Shown one piece after another: positions 36,823 to 46,778 of a stretch of 64,000 nucleotides of DNA (position 1 is the first letter of the stretch; each line of letters starts with the position of its first letter). Below the pieces are notes generated by a model. That model was given only the letters and a program-made list of their open reading frames with translations, made no database searches and was not told the DNA's origin. The position numbers and the translations under genes are program-made. Origin of the DNA: Acutalibacteraceae bacterium (GTDB lineage: Bacteria; Bacillota; Clostridia; Oscillospirales; Acutalibacteraceae); assembly GCA_045537555.1 (NCBI GenBank), contig JAZSPR010000050.1, positions 5,010 through 69,009 of the forward strand, written 5' to 3'.

Positions 36823-37452
36823 ATGATTATCCGAACCATCCCTCTCGGGCCTGTGAGAGCAAACACTTACATTGTGAGTGATGAAAAACACGACGGTACT
36901 TTCATCGTCGATGCAGGTGCTTACAATCCACGTTTTGAGAGGCTTATAAATGATAAAAAAATTGAATATATACTTCTCACCCACGGTCATTTTGACCACA
37001 TTATGGGTGTGAGTGAACTCAAAAAGCATTTTCCCGAGGCAAAGGTATGCATTCACGAAGCTGATGCCCCCATGCTCTCAGACGATATGCTTTCTCTTGC
37101 ATTTGCTTTCGGTGCAAGTGTTGATAAAGACCTTAAAGCAGATATCATTCTTCATGACGGTGATGAACTGCCTTTCGGTGATAAGAAAATAAAAGTTATT
37201 CACACTCCCGGTCACACAAAGGGCGGTGCGACTTTTGTTGTTGATGACTGCATGTTCACGGGTGACACACTATTTTACAGAAGTGTGGGCAGAACAGATT
37301 TCCCCGGCGGAGATTCACGCATTCTCAATAACTCAATCTGCCGTCTTTTTGATACGGACGGCGATTACAATGTTTATCCCGGTCACGATATAAATACAAC
37401 TCTTTCTGATGAAAGAAACAATAATCCTTACGTAAATTGGAGTAAAAGATGA
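36823..37452 (+). CDS. MBL-fold metallo-hydrolase (glyoxalase II-like)
   Basis: 209 aa. It has THGHFDHIMG, HTPGHTKG and GDTLF. Confidence 0.85.
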   Translation: MIIRTIPLGPVRANTYIVSDEKHDGTFIVDAGAYNPRFERLINDKKIEYILLTHGHFDHIMGVSELKKHFPEAKVCIHEADAPMLSDDMLSLAFAFGASVDKDLKADIILHDGDELPFGDKKIKVIHTPGHTKGGATFVVDDCMFTGDTLFYRSVGRTDFPGGDSRILNNSICRLFDTDGDYNVYPGHDINTTLSDERNNNPYVNWSKR

Positions 37453-38903
37453 CACTTGCCGTTCTCGGACATAATTTCAGATATGAAACTGAAAATGTCA
37501 TAAGAATATTTTTCCCTCTTGAAAAAATAAATGTAACCCAAGAGTTGCCCGAAGAAACGGACGACTGTGTTATCACATATCTTAAAGATGATAAAATCGG
37601 CTGTGAAGTGAATCTTTTCTGCGGTAACGGTAAAAGGGAAGCGTCAGTTGATAATAAAGACGAAAAAGAACTTGAGCTTATTCTGGCACGTCTTCTTTAT
37701 GATATTTTTACATCAATGACGGGAATTGTGCCTTCATGGGGTGTTCTGACAGGTGTTAGACCCTCAAAGCTTATGCGTACTCTGATTGCAGAAAACGGTA
37801 AAAGTGAAGCTGTTGACTATTTCAGAAACGAACTTCTTGTAAGCGACAAGAAAACTCAGCTTGCACTTTCAGTTGCCAAGGCAGAGGACAGAATTATAGC
37901 TCTTTCGGGTGAAAAATCATATTCACTCTATGTTTCAATACCTTTCTGTCCCACAAGATGTTCATATTGTTCTTTTGTTTCACATTCAATTGCTCAGGCA
38001 AAGAAGCTCATTCCCGATTATGTAAGACTTCTGTGTGATGAACTCAGAGAAATCTCCGTTATTGCTGATAAAATCGGTCTTAAACTCGAAACAATCTATT
38101 TCGGCGGCGGTACTCCGACATCCCTTGATGAAGCATCACTTAAGGCTGTCACCGATGCCGTAAATACATATTTTGACGTAAAAAATGTTCGTGAATATAC
38201 AATTGAAGCGGGCAGACCCGATACTCTGAATAAAGAAAAACTTGAAATTATGAAAAATGCGGGTGTAACGAGAATCAGCATAAATCCTCAGACTTTCAAC
38301 GGGGAAGTGCTCCAAAACATCGGCAGAAAACATTCTCCCGAAATGACAATTGAAGCCTTTAAAATGGCAAGGGAAGCGGGATTTGACAATATCAATATGG
38401 ACTTTATCGCAGGTCTTCCCGGTGACACTTATGACAGCTTCAGAAACAGCATTGATACTGCTGTTTCGCTCTCTCCCGAGAACATAACCATTCACACTCT
38501 TGCTCTCAAAAGGGCGGCAAACCTTGTAACAAGAGGAGAAACCGACTCTGTTTACAGAGAAACTGCAAAAATGCTTGAATTTGCCGATTCGGCTCTTCAT
38601 TCAGAAGATTATTTTCCTTATTATATGTACCGTCAGAGCAAAACTGTCGGCAATAACGAAAATGTCGGCTGGAGCAAAGAGGGCAGGGAATGTCTTTATA
38701 ATATCTATATGATGGAAGAAATTCATACCGTTCTTGCCGCCGGCGGCGGGGCTGTTACAAAGCTTAAAAATCAGGCTGACGGCAGAATTGAAAGAATTTT
38801 TAATTTCAAATACCCTTATGAATATATCAGCAGATTCTCGGAACTGCTTGAAAGAAAAAAATATATTTACGAATTTTACGGGATGACTGAAAATGAACGT
38901 TAA
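37449..38903 (+). CDS. hemZ: HemZ-type oxygen-independent coproporphyrinogen dehydrogenase-like radical SAM protein
   Basis: 484 aa. The start overlaps the MBL stop (ATGA). It has a ~150-aa N-terminal extension, then YVSIPFCPTRCSYCSF (CX3CX2C), GGGTPT and a HemN-like C-terminus. Confidence 0.75.
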   Translation: MTLAVLGHNFRYETENVIRIFFPLEKINVTQELPEETDDCVITYLKDDKIGCEVNLFCGNGKREASVDNKDEKELELILARLLYDIFTSMTGIVPSWGVLTGVRPSKLMRTLIAENGKSEAVDYFRNELLVSDKKTQLALSVAKAEDRIIALSGEKSYSLYVSIPFCPTRCSYCSFVSHSIAQAKKLIPDYVRLLCDELREISVIADKIGLKLETIYFGGGTPTSLDEASLKAVTDAVNTYFDVKNVREYTIEAGRPDTLNKEKLEIMKNAGVTRISINPQTFNGEVLQNIGRKHSPEMTIEAFKMAREAGFDNINMDFIAGLPGDTYDSFRNSIDTAVSLSPENITIHTLALKRAANLVTRGETDSVYRETAKMLEFADSALHSEDYFPYYMYRQSKTVGNNENVGWSKEGRECLYNIYMMEEIHTVLAAGGGAVTKLKNQADGRIERIFNFKYPYEYISRFSELLERKKYIYEFYGMTENER

Positions 38904-39870
38904 AAAAGAATTTGTTTATGAAAAAATAGAAAATGTACCCGAATGTCACGCTTCAACCGTTCTGCCTCTTCCCGACGGTAGAGTAATGGTTGCGTGGTTT
39001 GCGGGGGAGCATGAGAAAAACGACAATGTGCGTATATGGTTTTCCGTAAAAGAAGACGGAAAATGGAGCGAACCTGCAAAAATTCCGTCAGATGAAAATA
39101 TTCCTCATTGGAATCCCGTTCTTGATATGAGAAATGACGGCGTCATCAGGCTTTATTTCAAAAAAGGCAAGGAAATAAGTGAATGGGTCACATGGTTCTG
39201 TGATTCTGCAGACGGCGGAAAGACATGGACCGGGGCTCAGGTACTTGTTCCTGATGATTATTCGGGCGGCAGAGGTCCCGTAAAGAATAAATGTATAAGA
39301 ACATCTCAGGGGCTTCTTCTTGCTCCCGCATCAAGCGAAGTAACAAGACCCTTGTGGAGATGCTTTATTGATGTTTCCCGTGATGACGGCGACACATGGA
39401 CAAGAACTGATTATATTGTAAGACCGAGAAAAAATTTCGGTCTTGTGCGCATGATTCAGCCCACACTCTGGGAAGATGATAATAAAATTATCCATGCCCT
39501 TATGAGAACAGATAAAGGCAGAATCTATAAAAGTCATTCCTATGACGGCGGTTTTTCATGGTCAAAGGCTGAAAGAACCAGACTTCCCAATAACAACAGC
39601 GGAATTGACTGTGTAAGAGCTTCTGACGGCAAAATTTATCTTGTATATAACCCCGTTGAAGAAAACTGGGGAGGCAGGTCACCCCTTGAACTTGCCGTGT
39701 CAGAGGATAACGGTGAAACTTTCAGAACGGTTCATGTTCTTGAAAATGAAAAAGGCGGGGAATTTTCTTACCCCGCAATAACATGTTATAATAATAAACT
39801 TCGTATAACATATACATATAACAGAAAGAAAATCATGTACTGCGAAATTATGAAAGAAGGATGCAATTAA
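38893..39870 (+). CDS. BNR/Asp-box repeat exo-alpha-sialidase-like beta-propeller protein (no signal peptide)
   Basis: 325 aa. It has four Asp-boxes: SADGGKTWT, SRDDGDTWT, SYDGGFSWS and SEDNGETF. It overlaps the hemZ stop by 11 nt. Confidence 0.7.
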   Translation: MNVKKEFVYEKIENVPECHASTVLPLPDGRVMVAWFAGEHEKNDNVRIWFSVKEDGKWSEPAKIPSDENIPHWNPVLDMRNDGVIRLYFKKGKEISEWVTWFCDSADGGKTWTGAQVLVPDDYSGGRGPVKNKCIRTSQGLLLAPASSEVTRPLWRCFIDVSRDDGDTWTRTDYIVRPRKNFGLVRMIQPTLWEDDNKIIHALMRTDKGRIYKSHSYDGGFSWSKAERTRLPNNNSGIDCVRASDGKIYLVYNPVEENWGGRSPLELAVSEDNGETFRTVHVLENEKGGEFSYPAITCYNNKLRITYTYNRKKIMYCEIMKEGCN

Positions 39871-41642
39871 TGGCAGGACGGAAAAAACAATCACTCTTAA
39901 ACGGTGCGCTTGTGCTTGTTGTTGCAACTGCATTCGTTGAAATTGTGGGTGTGCTTTATAAAATCCCTCTTACGGAGCTTATCGGCACAATAGGAAGAGG
40001 CTATACGGGTACAGCATTCAATCTTTATATCCCTATACATAACATAGCCCTTGCAGGTCTTCCCGTTGCGATTTCAAAGCTTGTAGCCCAGAGTGTTGCC
40101 GAAGGTAAATTCAATAATGTAAAGAAAATCTATAAAATAGCACTCCGAATGTTCGTTGTAGCGGGTGCAATCGGTTCAATTCTTGTTCTCGCCCTTGCTT
40201 ACCCATATGCCAAGAGTATGGAAGCAATGGCTTCATTGCCGTCAATTATAATGATTGCTCCTGCTGTGTTCGTATGCTGTGTAATGGCTACATACAGAGG
40301 CTATTATTCGGGGCTCCGTAATCAGACTCCCACCGCACTTTCTCAGATGTGCGAAGTTGTGGGCAAGCTTGCATTCGGTCTCGGACTGGCATTCGTTGTT
40401 CAGCGATACGGTATGTCCTGCTTTGAACAGGGACTTCCTGTTTTCGGCACACAATGTGCAACAGTTGAAGAAGCCGTTATGGCACTTACTCCCTATGCAT
40501 CAGCCGCTTCAATTTTCGGCGTTACAATGGGTGCTGTGTGTTCTCTTCTTTTCCTTGTTTTAAGGCATAAGATTGTCGGCGACAAGATAACAAAAGAGGA
40601 GCTTGATGCTTCACCTCTTGCCGATACGGGTAAAAATATTGCAAAAATGATGCTTACAATTGCAGTACCCGTTGTTGTCAGCACACTTGTAATGAACATC
40701 ACAAACCTCATTGATTCATGGTCAATTCAGGCAAGACTGCAGTATGCCGTTAATTCGGGCAGACCGGTAATTGAAGCAATGTTTTCTGAAGCCATGGCAC
40801 TTGCTCCCGAAATGGACAATGTTCAATTGAAATCATACCTTTACGGTGCTTACGAAATTGCCCTTGACTTCAGAAATCTTGTTCCCACGATAACAACGAC
40901 TCTTGGTATGAGTGCAATTCCCGTTCTTGCCGAAGCATGGACACTCAAAAATAAATTGATGATACGTTCATCAATCGAGTCTGTTATGAGAGTTGCTATG
41001 CTCATTTCTCTTCCTGCAGGTATCGGTATGGCGATACTTTCAAAGGACCTTCTCAACATCATGTACGGTGTATCCGACAGCGTAACGATTTCGGCAACCG
41101 TTATGGCACTTTACGGATGCTTCACATTCATTATGGCAGCTGCACAGCCTCTTATCAATATGCTTCAGGCTATAGGCAGAGCAGATGTACCCATGAAAGC
41201 CGTCGGTTTTGCCGCAGTTGCAAAAGTTTTAATTAATTTTATTCTTGTAGGCATTCCTCAGATGAATATTCTCGGTGCAATTATCGGTACTTTCTGCTTC
41301 TATATCATCACCGTCAGTTACAATCTCAATGCACTTATTAAAGAAACAGGCGTAAAGCTCAGCTACAAATCTGTTTTCTTTAAACCTCTTATCTGTGCTC
41401 TTATGTGCGGCACGGGTGCATGGGCTGTATCGGGTATATGCAGAAGATTTATGCCCGCGTTTGAGTTCGGTTCAAGAATATCATCTTCAACCGTTTCAGC
41501 CGTTATCGGCATTATTGCGGCAGTTGTGATTTATGTGCTTGCTTTACTTTTCACAAAATCAATTGTCCGTGACGATGTAAAAATGCTCCCCAAGGGAGAA
41601 AAAATCTGCAAAGTACTTGAAAAATATGACCTGATAGGGTAA
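39870..41642 (+). CDS. MOP-superfamily polysaccharide/lipid II flippase-like protein (YabM/SpoVB/MurJ-like)
   Basis: The track ORF starts at 39861. ATG 39870 (TAATG overlap with the upstream stop, AAGGA 9 nt upstream) fits better. It has about 14 TM segments, and its position before mazG-hup matches the Bacillus yabM-yabN order. Confidence 0.75.
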   Translation: MAGRKKQSLLNGALVLVVATAFVEIVGVLYKIPLTELIGTIGRGYTGTAFNLYIPIHNIALAGLPVAISKLVAQSVAEGKFNNVKKIYKIALRMFVVAGAIGSILVLALAYPYAKSMEAMASLPSIIMIAPAVFVCCVMATYRGYYSGLRNQTPTALSQMCEVVGKLAFGLGLAFVVQRYGMSCFEQGLPVFGTQCATVEEAVMALTPYASAASIFGVTMGAVCSLLFLVLRHKIVGDKITKEELDASPLADTGKNIAKMMLTIAVPVVVSTLVMNITNLIDSWSIQARLQYAVNSGRPVIEAMFSEAMALAPEMDNVQLKSYLYGAYEIALDFRNLVPTITTTLGMSAIPVLAEAWTLKNKLMIRSSIESVMRVAMLISLPAGIGMAILSKDLLNIMYGVSDSVTISATVMALYGCFTFIMAAAQPLINMLQAIGRADVPMKAVGFAAVAKVLINFILVGIPQMNILGAIIGTFCFYIITVSYNLNALIKETGVKLSYKSVFFKPLICALMCGTGAWAVSGICRRFMPAFEFGSRISSSTVSAVIGIIAAVVIYVLALLFTKSIVRDDVKMLPKGEKICKVLEKYDLIG

Positions 41643-41693
41643 AATATCAAGGTATAAGTCAAAAAATGAAAAAAATGGGACGGAAATTTTAAA

Positions 41694-42401
41694 ATGGCTG
41701 TTGACTATCCGATAAAAGATAAGTATAATATAGAAGACTTACTCGCTATAATGCGTATTCTCAGGGCTCCCGGCGGTTGTCCTTGGGATGCTGAGCAGAA
41801 TCACGAGTCAATCAAAAAGAATCTTATTGAAGAGACTTATGAAGTGATTGAAGCTGTCAATAAGGAAGATACTGAGCTTCTCAAAGAAGAACTCGGCGAT
41901 GTTCTGCTTCAGGTTGTTTTCCATGCCGCAATGGAAGAGGAAAAGGGTGTTTTCAATTTCTCTGATGTTGCTGACGGCATATGCAAAAAGCTCATTGAAC
42001 GTCATCCCCATGTTTTCGGCGATATTGAAGTGTCGGGAACAGACGATGTTCTTACAAACTGGGATGCAATAAAACGCAATTCCAAAAAGCAGAAAACAAC
42101 AACTCAGGCTATGGATTCCGTGCCCAGAGAGTTACCCGCGCTCATGCGTGCGGCAAAGCTCCAGTCAAAGGCAGCAAAAGCCGGTGTTGAAGTTGACGGT
42201 GATGTTTCCCGTTATATTTCTCAGAAGGCTTCGGCTGAAATAACAGAAAAGTCAGTCGGTGAACTTCTTTTTGCTGTCTGTGCGGCTGCAAGACAAAACG
42301 ACATAGACCCTGAAGAGGCTCTTACAAAGGTCTCTGATGAATTTCTTTCATCATTCGGGGAATATGAAAAGAGTGAAGAAAAAACATCACTCTATAAATA
42401 A
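41694..42401 (+). CDS. mazG: MazG-family nucleoside triphosphate pyrophosphohydrolase
   Basis: 235 aa. It has GCPWDAEQNHESIKKNLIEETYEVIEA and EELGDVLLQVVFH (EExxE/D MazG motif). Confidence 0.85.
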   Translation: MAVDYPIKDKYNIEDLLAIMRILRAPGGCPWDAEQNHESIKKNLIEETYEVIEAVNKEDTELLKEELGDVLLQVVFHAAMEEEKGVFNFSDVADGICKKLIERHPHVFGDIEVSGTDDVLTNWDAIKRNSKKQKTTTQAMDSVPRELPALMRAAKLQSKAAKAGVEVDGDVSRYISQKASAEITEKSVGELLFAVCAAARQNDIDPEEALTKVSDEFLSSFGEYEKSEEKTSLYK

Positions 42402-42460
42402 TTTGCCAAATATTGTATTTTAATAAATTTGGAAGATATAATAAAGGAGGAAAAAAGATA

Positions 42461-42736
42461 ATGAAGAAGACAGACCTCGTTGCTGCAGTTGCAGCTAAGG
42501 CAGAGCTTTCAAAGAAGGATGCAGAAGCAGCTGTTAACGCTGTTGTTGCTGCTGTTTCAGAAGCTCTTGCTAACGGCGACAGTGTTCAGCTTGTAGGCTT
42601 CGGTACATTCGACGTTCGTGAACGTTCAGAAAAGCAGTGCCGTAACCCCAGAACAGGCGAAACAATGACTGTTGCTGCTACAAAGGTTCCCGCTTTCAAG
42701 GCAGGCAAGGCTCTTAAAGACGCTGTTGCAAAGTAA
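42461..42736 (+). CDS. hup: DNA-binding protein HU
   Basis: The track ORF starts at 42413. ATG 42461 follows AAAGGAGG. The 91-aa product reads MKKTDLVAAVAAKAELSKKDAEAAVNAV..GFGTFDVRERSEKQCRNPRTGE. Confidence 0.95.
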   Translation: MKKTDLVAAVAAKAELSKKDAEAAVNAVVAAVSEALANGDSVQLVGFGTFDVRERSEKQCRNPRTGETMTVAATKVPAFKAGKALKDAVAK

Positions 42737-42753
42737 TTAAATCTTTTCCTTAT

Positions 42754-42791
42754 AAAAAACAGAGAAGCTCAGAAAGCTTCTCTGTTTTTTC
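42754..42791. terminator. Bidirectional terminator between hup (+) and the WYL regulator gene (-)
   Basis: 10-bp stem CAGAGAAGCT / AGCTTCTCTG with a 5-nt loop, an A-run upstream and a T-run downstream. Confidence 0.85.
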
Positions 42792-42792
42792 T

Positions 42793-43788
42793 TTATTTCA
42801 ATCGGGAGATTGCCTGTTCAAGTTGTTCTTTATATTGATTCACAGCTTTTTCGGGTGCGGTGATTGTCATTTCTCCGCCGAATGTGAATACCCATGAATA
42901 AAGTGTCGGTGTGAGTGCGGCATCAACGGTGACTGTGTATTCTCCGTCTTCGGTCGGGATGAATTTTACCTTTTTGCCGAATTTATCAATTACCGCACCG
43001 GCGAATTTATCGGGACACTTTATTGTGACGGGTTCAATTTTTCCCGAGAACATCATAAGTGTTGCATTTGAATATTCGGCAACATCAAATTTTCTGAAAT
43101 AACCTTTGCCGTCACGTGATTCATTTATGATTTCAACTTTATCCATTTTGTCAACACGGTAATGCTTTATGAGTGCCGTTTTTGATTCATAGGCGATAAG
43201 ATAATATTTCTCGTTGTCATACTGGAGTGCAAATGGGCTGACTCTTATCGGATTTGCTCCGTTGTGATAATGCTTTTTCTTGTCGGCGCCGTAGTTGTAA
43301 TAAAGAAATGAAATCTGCCTGTCATCACGGATAGCGGAGTAGATATTATCTGTGTTGTAATATATCGATTCGTTTTCATTCTTGATTCTGTTAACGATGA
43401 AAACTTCTCTTTCAAGCTCTTTGCGGTCATATTCGCTTACAAGGTTACCGATTTTCTTTATGAGCTCAAAACTCTTTTTCTGGGTGATGAATCTTGATGA
43501 CTGGATTGCATCAACAAGGAGCTTTAATTCCGTAATCTGAAAATCTCTTGAAAGGAGATTGAATCCGCCGTTTCTGCCTCTTGTTATATTGATATCCATT
43601 CCGAGGCTCTGCAATGCTTCAATATCGGAATAAACGCTTTTTCTTTCGGCTGTAATGCCGTTTTCCGAAAGCATGTTTATAATGTCAGCGGTTGAAACGG
43701 AATGTGTTTCATCTGTTTTTTCCTGGAGGAACTGTGCTATTCTTATAAGTTTTAATTTTTGTGTTTCGTTTCTGGGCATTTTTTTCAC
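42793..43788 (-). CDS. HTH + WYL domain transcriptional regulator
   Basis: 331 aa. It has an N-terminal winged HTH (LKLIRIAQFLQEKTDETHSVSTADI), a central WYL-type region (ISFLYYNY..IRVSPFALQYDNEKYYLIAY) and a C-terminal WCX-like domain. Confidence 0.75.
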   Translation of the reverse strand: MKKMPRNETQKLKLIRIAQFLQEKTDETHSVSTADIINMLSENGITAERKSVYSDIEALQSLGMDINITRGRNGGFNLLSRDFQITELKLLVDAIQSSRFITQKKSFELIKKIGNLVSEYDRKELEREVFIVNRIKNENESIYYNTDNIYSAIRDDRQISFLYYNYGADKKKHYHNGANPIRVSPFALQYDNEKYYLIAYESKTALIKHYRVDKMDKVEIINESRDGKGYFRKFDVAEYSNATLMMFSGKIEPVTIKCPDKFAGAVIDKFGKKVKFIPTEDGEYTVTVDAALTPTLYSWVFTFGGEMTITAPEKAVNQYKEQLEQAISRLK

Positions 43789-43974
43789 CTCTTATTGTTT
43801 ACAACAATTGCATTATAACACATTATGTGTCCGAAAAACAGTACCTTTTATAATATTTTAAAAATATAATAATTAATATTTTAATTGTTGATTTTGTTAT
43901 CTGTTTAATGGTATAATACAAAAAAAGAAATAATCTGTATTTTTTTTGTGCAGATTGATTGGAGGAAGATGCAG

Positions 43975-45432
43975 ATGAGCGGTTCTGCAACAACTGAAAC
44001 AAAGTATTTAAAATCCAAAGAATGGATACTGTACCTTGCAGGTGTGTTTTTCTACACAATGATGACAGGTATGGTAGGAGGTAACAGAAATGCTTACCTT
44101 GTAAATGTTCTCGGTCTGCCCGAAGAAACAAACGCATTCTGTTCTGCAGTTACAAGTATTTCATGCTTTATTCTCAATTTCTTTATCGTTATGTATATCG
44201 ACGGCAGAAAGATGGGTAAAAAGGGTAAATTCAGACCGATTGTTCTTACAATTGCTCTGCCTATGTTTATCATTCTTATGTTAAATTTCATAGCTCCCAA
44301 AGGTATTGCGGGAACAACACTTATTATCTATGTTCTTACAATCAATATCGCATGGGGACTTATATGCACATTCGGTAATTCAATCAATATGATTGCAAAT
44401 GTTATGACACCCAACATGAAAGAACGCGACCAGCTTCTTTCATTCAGAAGTATTTCTTCAGCTGTAGGTAACTCAGCTCCTCTCGTTGTTCTTCTTGTTG
44501 TAGGTGCAATATGGAAAGATAACGAAGGGCTTCAGTACATCATTTCAGCAGCAATCTGCGGTGTTGCAGGTGTTATAACTGTTCTTCTCGGCATGAATGT
44601 TGTAAGGGAAAGAATTCCTTATACTGCAGAAAAGAAGAATCCTCTTGAAGGTTTTAAAGATATCATAAGCAATAAATATGCATGGACAATCATATTCTCA
44701 GAGTTCCTCAAGAGCTTCAGAGGTATTGCTACATATATGGAAACATTCCTTGCAATTGCCGTTCTCGGTTCTGCTTCAAAGAAGATTATCTTTGTTCTTC
44801 CCGTAGGTATCGGCACAGCAGTAGGTATGCTTGTAATCAACTTCCTTCTCAAAAAATTCAACGCAAGAGTTCTTTATATTGCCAGCGGTATCTATTCGGT
44901 TACTGCTAACTGTATTGCTTTCACGGTCGGTTATTTTTATTTCAAAAATCCCAATACAATTCTTATGATTGTGTTTGTTGCTTTCCTTTTCCTCATCGGT
45001 CTTCAGTTCGGCGCATCAAACCTTCTTCCTTCAATGTTCCAGGCTGACGTTCTTGAAGATATCGAACTTAAAACAGGTAAGAGACTTGACGCATCAATGC
45101 CATTTGTTATTTCAATCGGCACACTCATAAGCGGTACAATTGCAAGCACACTTGCACCCCTTGTTCTTTACGGCGACAATTCAATCATCCACTATGTTCC
45201 TCCCGTTGACGGAAGTAATATTGTTCCCGAACAGACATTTGAAACAAAGATTCTTCTTCTGTTCTTCTACACAATTATTCACGGTATCATGATGTTCCTT
45301 GCAGGTGTTCCTTTCTTCTTCTACAAACTCACAGGCAAGACAAAGGAAGATATCCACAATGCGGTTGTTGAAATGAGAAAGAACAGCCGTACATCAGATT
45401 TTGTTGCGGAGGAAGTCAATGAAGCCCTTTAA
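43975..45432 (+). CDS. GPH/MFS-family transporter
   Basis: The track ORF starts at 43948. ATG 43975 lies 9 nt after GGAGG. The protein is hydrophobic throughout with about 12 TM segments. Confidence 0.7.
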   Translation: MSGSATTETKYLKSKEWILYLAGVFFYTMMTGMVGGNRNAYLVNVLGLPEETNAFCSAVTSISCFILNFFIVMYIDGRKMGKKGKFRPIVLTIALPMFIILMLNFIAPKGIAGTTLIIYVLTINIAWGLICTFGNSINMIANVMTPNMKERDQLLSFRSISSAVGNSAPLVVLLVVGAIWKDNEGLQYIISAAICGVAGVITVLLGMNVVRERIPYTAEKKNPLEGFKDIISNKYAWTIIFSEFLKSFRGIATYMETFLAIAVLGSASKKIIFVLPVGIGTAVGMLVINFLLKKFNARVLYIASGIYSVTANCIAFTVGYFYFKNPNTILMIVFVAFLFLIGLQFGASNLLPSMFQADVLEDIELKTGKRLDASMPFVISIGTLISGTIASTLAPLVLYGDNSIIHYVPPVDGSNIVPEQTFETKILLLFFYTIIHGIMMFLAGVPFFFYKLTGKTKEDIHNAVVEMRKNSRTSDFVAEEVNEAL

Positions 45433-46777
45433 GTTTTTTGTCATAACTGACACTCATTATTTTGCAAAAAGTCTTTCTGCAAGCGGCAAGCCCTATGAAG
45501 AGTTTATGGATTTCGAGCAGAAATGCTATGCTGAAACTCCTTACATAAATGATGCTGCTTTTGATTTCCTTGCAAAACAGACGGAAACGGACACAATTCT
45601 TATTGCAGGAGACCTTTCATTCAACGGTGAAAAGGCAAGTCATGAGGAGTTTGTACAGCTTCTGGGTAAGCTCAAAGATGCAGGAAAAGACGTTTATGTT
45701 GTAACCGCAGGTCATGATATTGAGCCGAATCCTTTTGAATATACCGACGAAGGCAGACGCCATGTTGAAGGTGTGAAATTCTCTGACCTTTATGATTATT
45801 ACCGTGATTTCGGCTATGATAAGGCAATTTCATTCTACAGAGAAAATCTTTCCTATGTAGCTCAGCTTGCCGACGGTATCAGACTTCTCGTTCTCTGTAA
45901 CGACAGCGAAGAAAAGAAGAATATTGCTTATACAGATGAACTTCTTACATGGGCAAAAGAACAGATGGACAAAGCAAAGGAAGACGGACAGATGATGTTT
46001 GCAATGGAGCATTATCCCGTTCTTCCCGGTCAGCCCATTCTCACACTCATTCCCGATGCAAGGCAGAAAGAGAGCAAAAAGCTCTATACACTTCTTGCCG
46101 ATAACGGTGTGCATCTTATCTTTACGGGACATATGCATAATCAGAGCATCAATGTTGTTGAAACAGAAAACGGCAATAAGTTCTATGATGTCTGCACAGG
46201 CTCACTTATCGGCTGTCCCGCTTTTATGCGTCTTTGTACAATTGAAAATGAAGTAACTGTTCATATAAAGAGCATTCCCGTGCCTGATTTCAGCTGGGAT
46301 ACAAAGGGTAAGGACTGCACAGTTTATCTCCGTGAGCAGTTTGAAAGAATGATAAGAACCCTTGTGGGCAGTATGCAGTATGACCCGGGAAGATTCTTAC
46401 GTAAGCTCGGCGGTGACAAGCCCAAGCTTCACAAGGTTGTAAAAGTAGTGGGTAAAGCTCTTAATACATGGACTGTTGGCAGAGTTGCAAAGATTTTCTT
46501 TGTAAAGGCTCATAAAGATATTAAAGACAGAAAATTTATTGACCTTGTTGTTGACATCGCAAGAAATGCCTTTGAGGGTGACCAGCCTTTTGTTGAGGGC
46601 ACCCCCGAGGGTGATACCGTGCTTAAAGTGTTCAGAAGACTTAAGCCTGTTTTCAGAATTCTCAACAAAAAGCTTCACGGCTCACAGGGTGAAGAAATTG
46701 ATATGTATGAACTTCTGATACATTCACTCGGTAATTACGGCATTTCAGATTACAATGCAATGCTTATTTTTGAATGA
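45419..46777 (+). CDS. Calcineurin-like metallophosphoesterase
   Basis: Start MKPFKFFVITDTHYF, overlapping the transporter stop by 14 nt. Motifs are DTH, GDLSFNG, AGHD, MEHYP and FTGHMHNQ. Confidence 0.8.
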   Translation: MKPFKFFVITDTHYFAKSLSASGKPYEEFMDFEQKCYAETPYINDAAFDFLAKQTETDTILIAGDLSFNGEKASHEEFVQLLGKLKDAGKDVYVVTAGHDIEPNPFEYTDEGRRHVEGVKFSDLYDYYRDFGYDKAISFYRENLSYVAQLADGIRLLVLCNDSEEKKNIAYTDELLTWAKEQMDKAKEDGQMMFAMEHYPVLPGQPILTLIPDARQKESKKLYTLLADNGVHLIFTGHMHNQSINVVETENGNKFYDVCTGSLIGCPAFMRLCTIENEVTVHIKSIPVPDFSWDTKGKDCTVYLREQFERMIRTLVGSMQYDPGRFLRKLGGDKPKLHKVVKVVGKALNTWTVGRVAKIFFVKAHKDIKDRKFIDLVVDIARNAFEGDQPFVEGTPEGDTVLKVFRRLKPVFRILNKKLHGSQGEEIDMYELLIHSLGNYGISDYNAMLIFE

Positions 46778-46778
46778 T

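Noticed and set aside
38136-38600. 154-aa minus-strand ORF (and 38096-38281)
   Set aside because: It is antisense inside hemZ, with no motifs or translation signals.
37449-38903. HemZ-like radical SAM as part of the 49-58 kb radical SAM system
   Set aside because: It lies about 11 kb away in a housekeeping operon. It is HemN/HemZ-type with no B12 domain, and it is unrelated in sequence to the four clustered enzymes.
42793-43788. WYL regulator as a marker of a phage-defence island
   Set aside because: The neighbours are hup, mazG, a transporter and phosphoesterases. No nuclease, ATPase, methyltransferase or other defence-type genes are present on either side.
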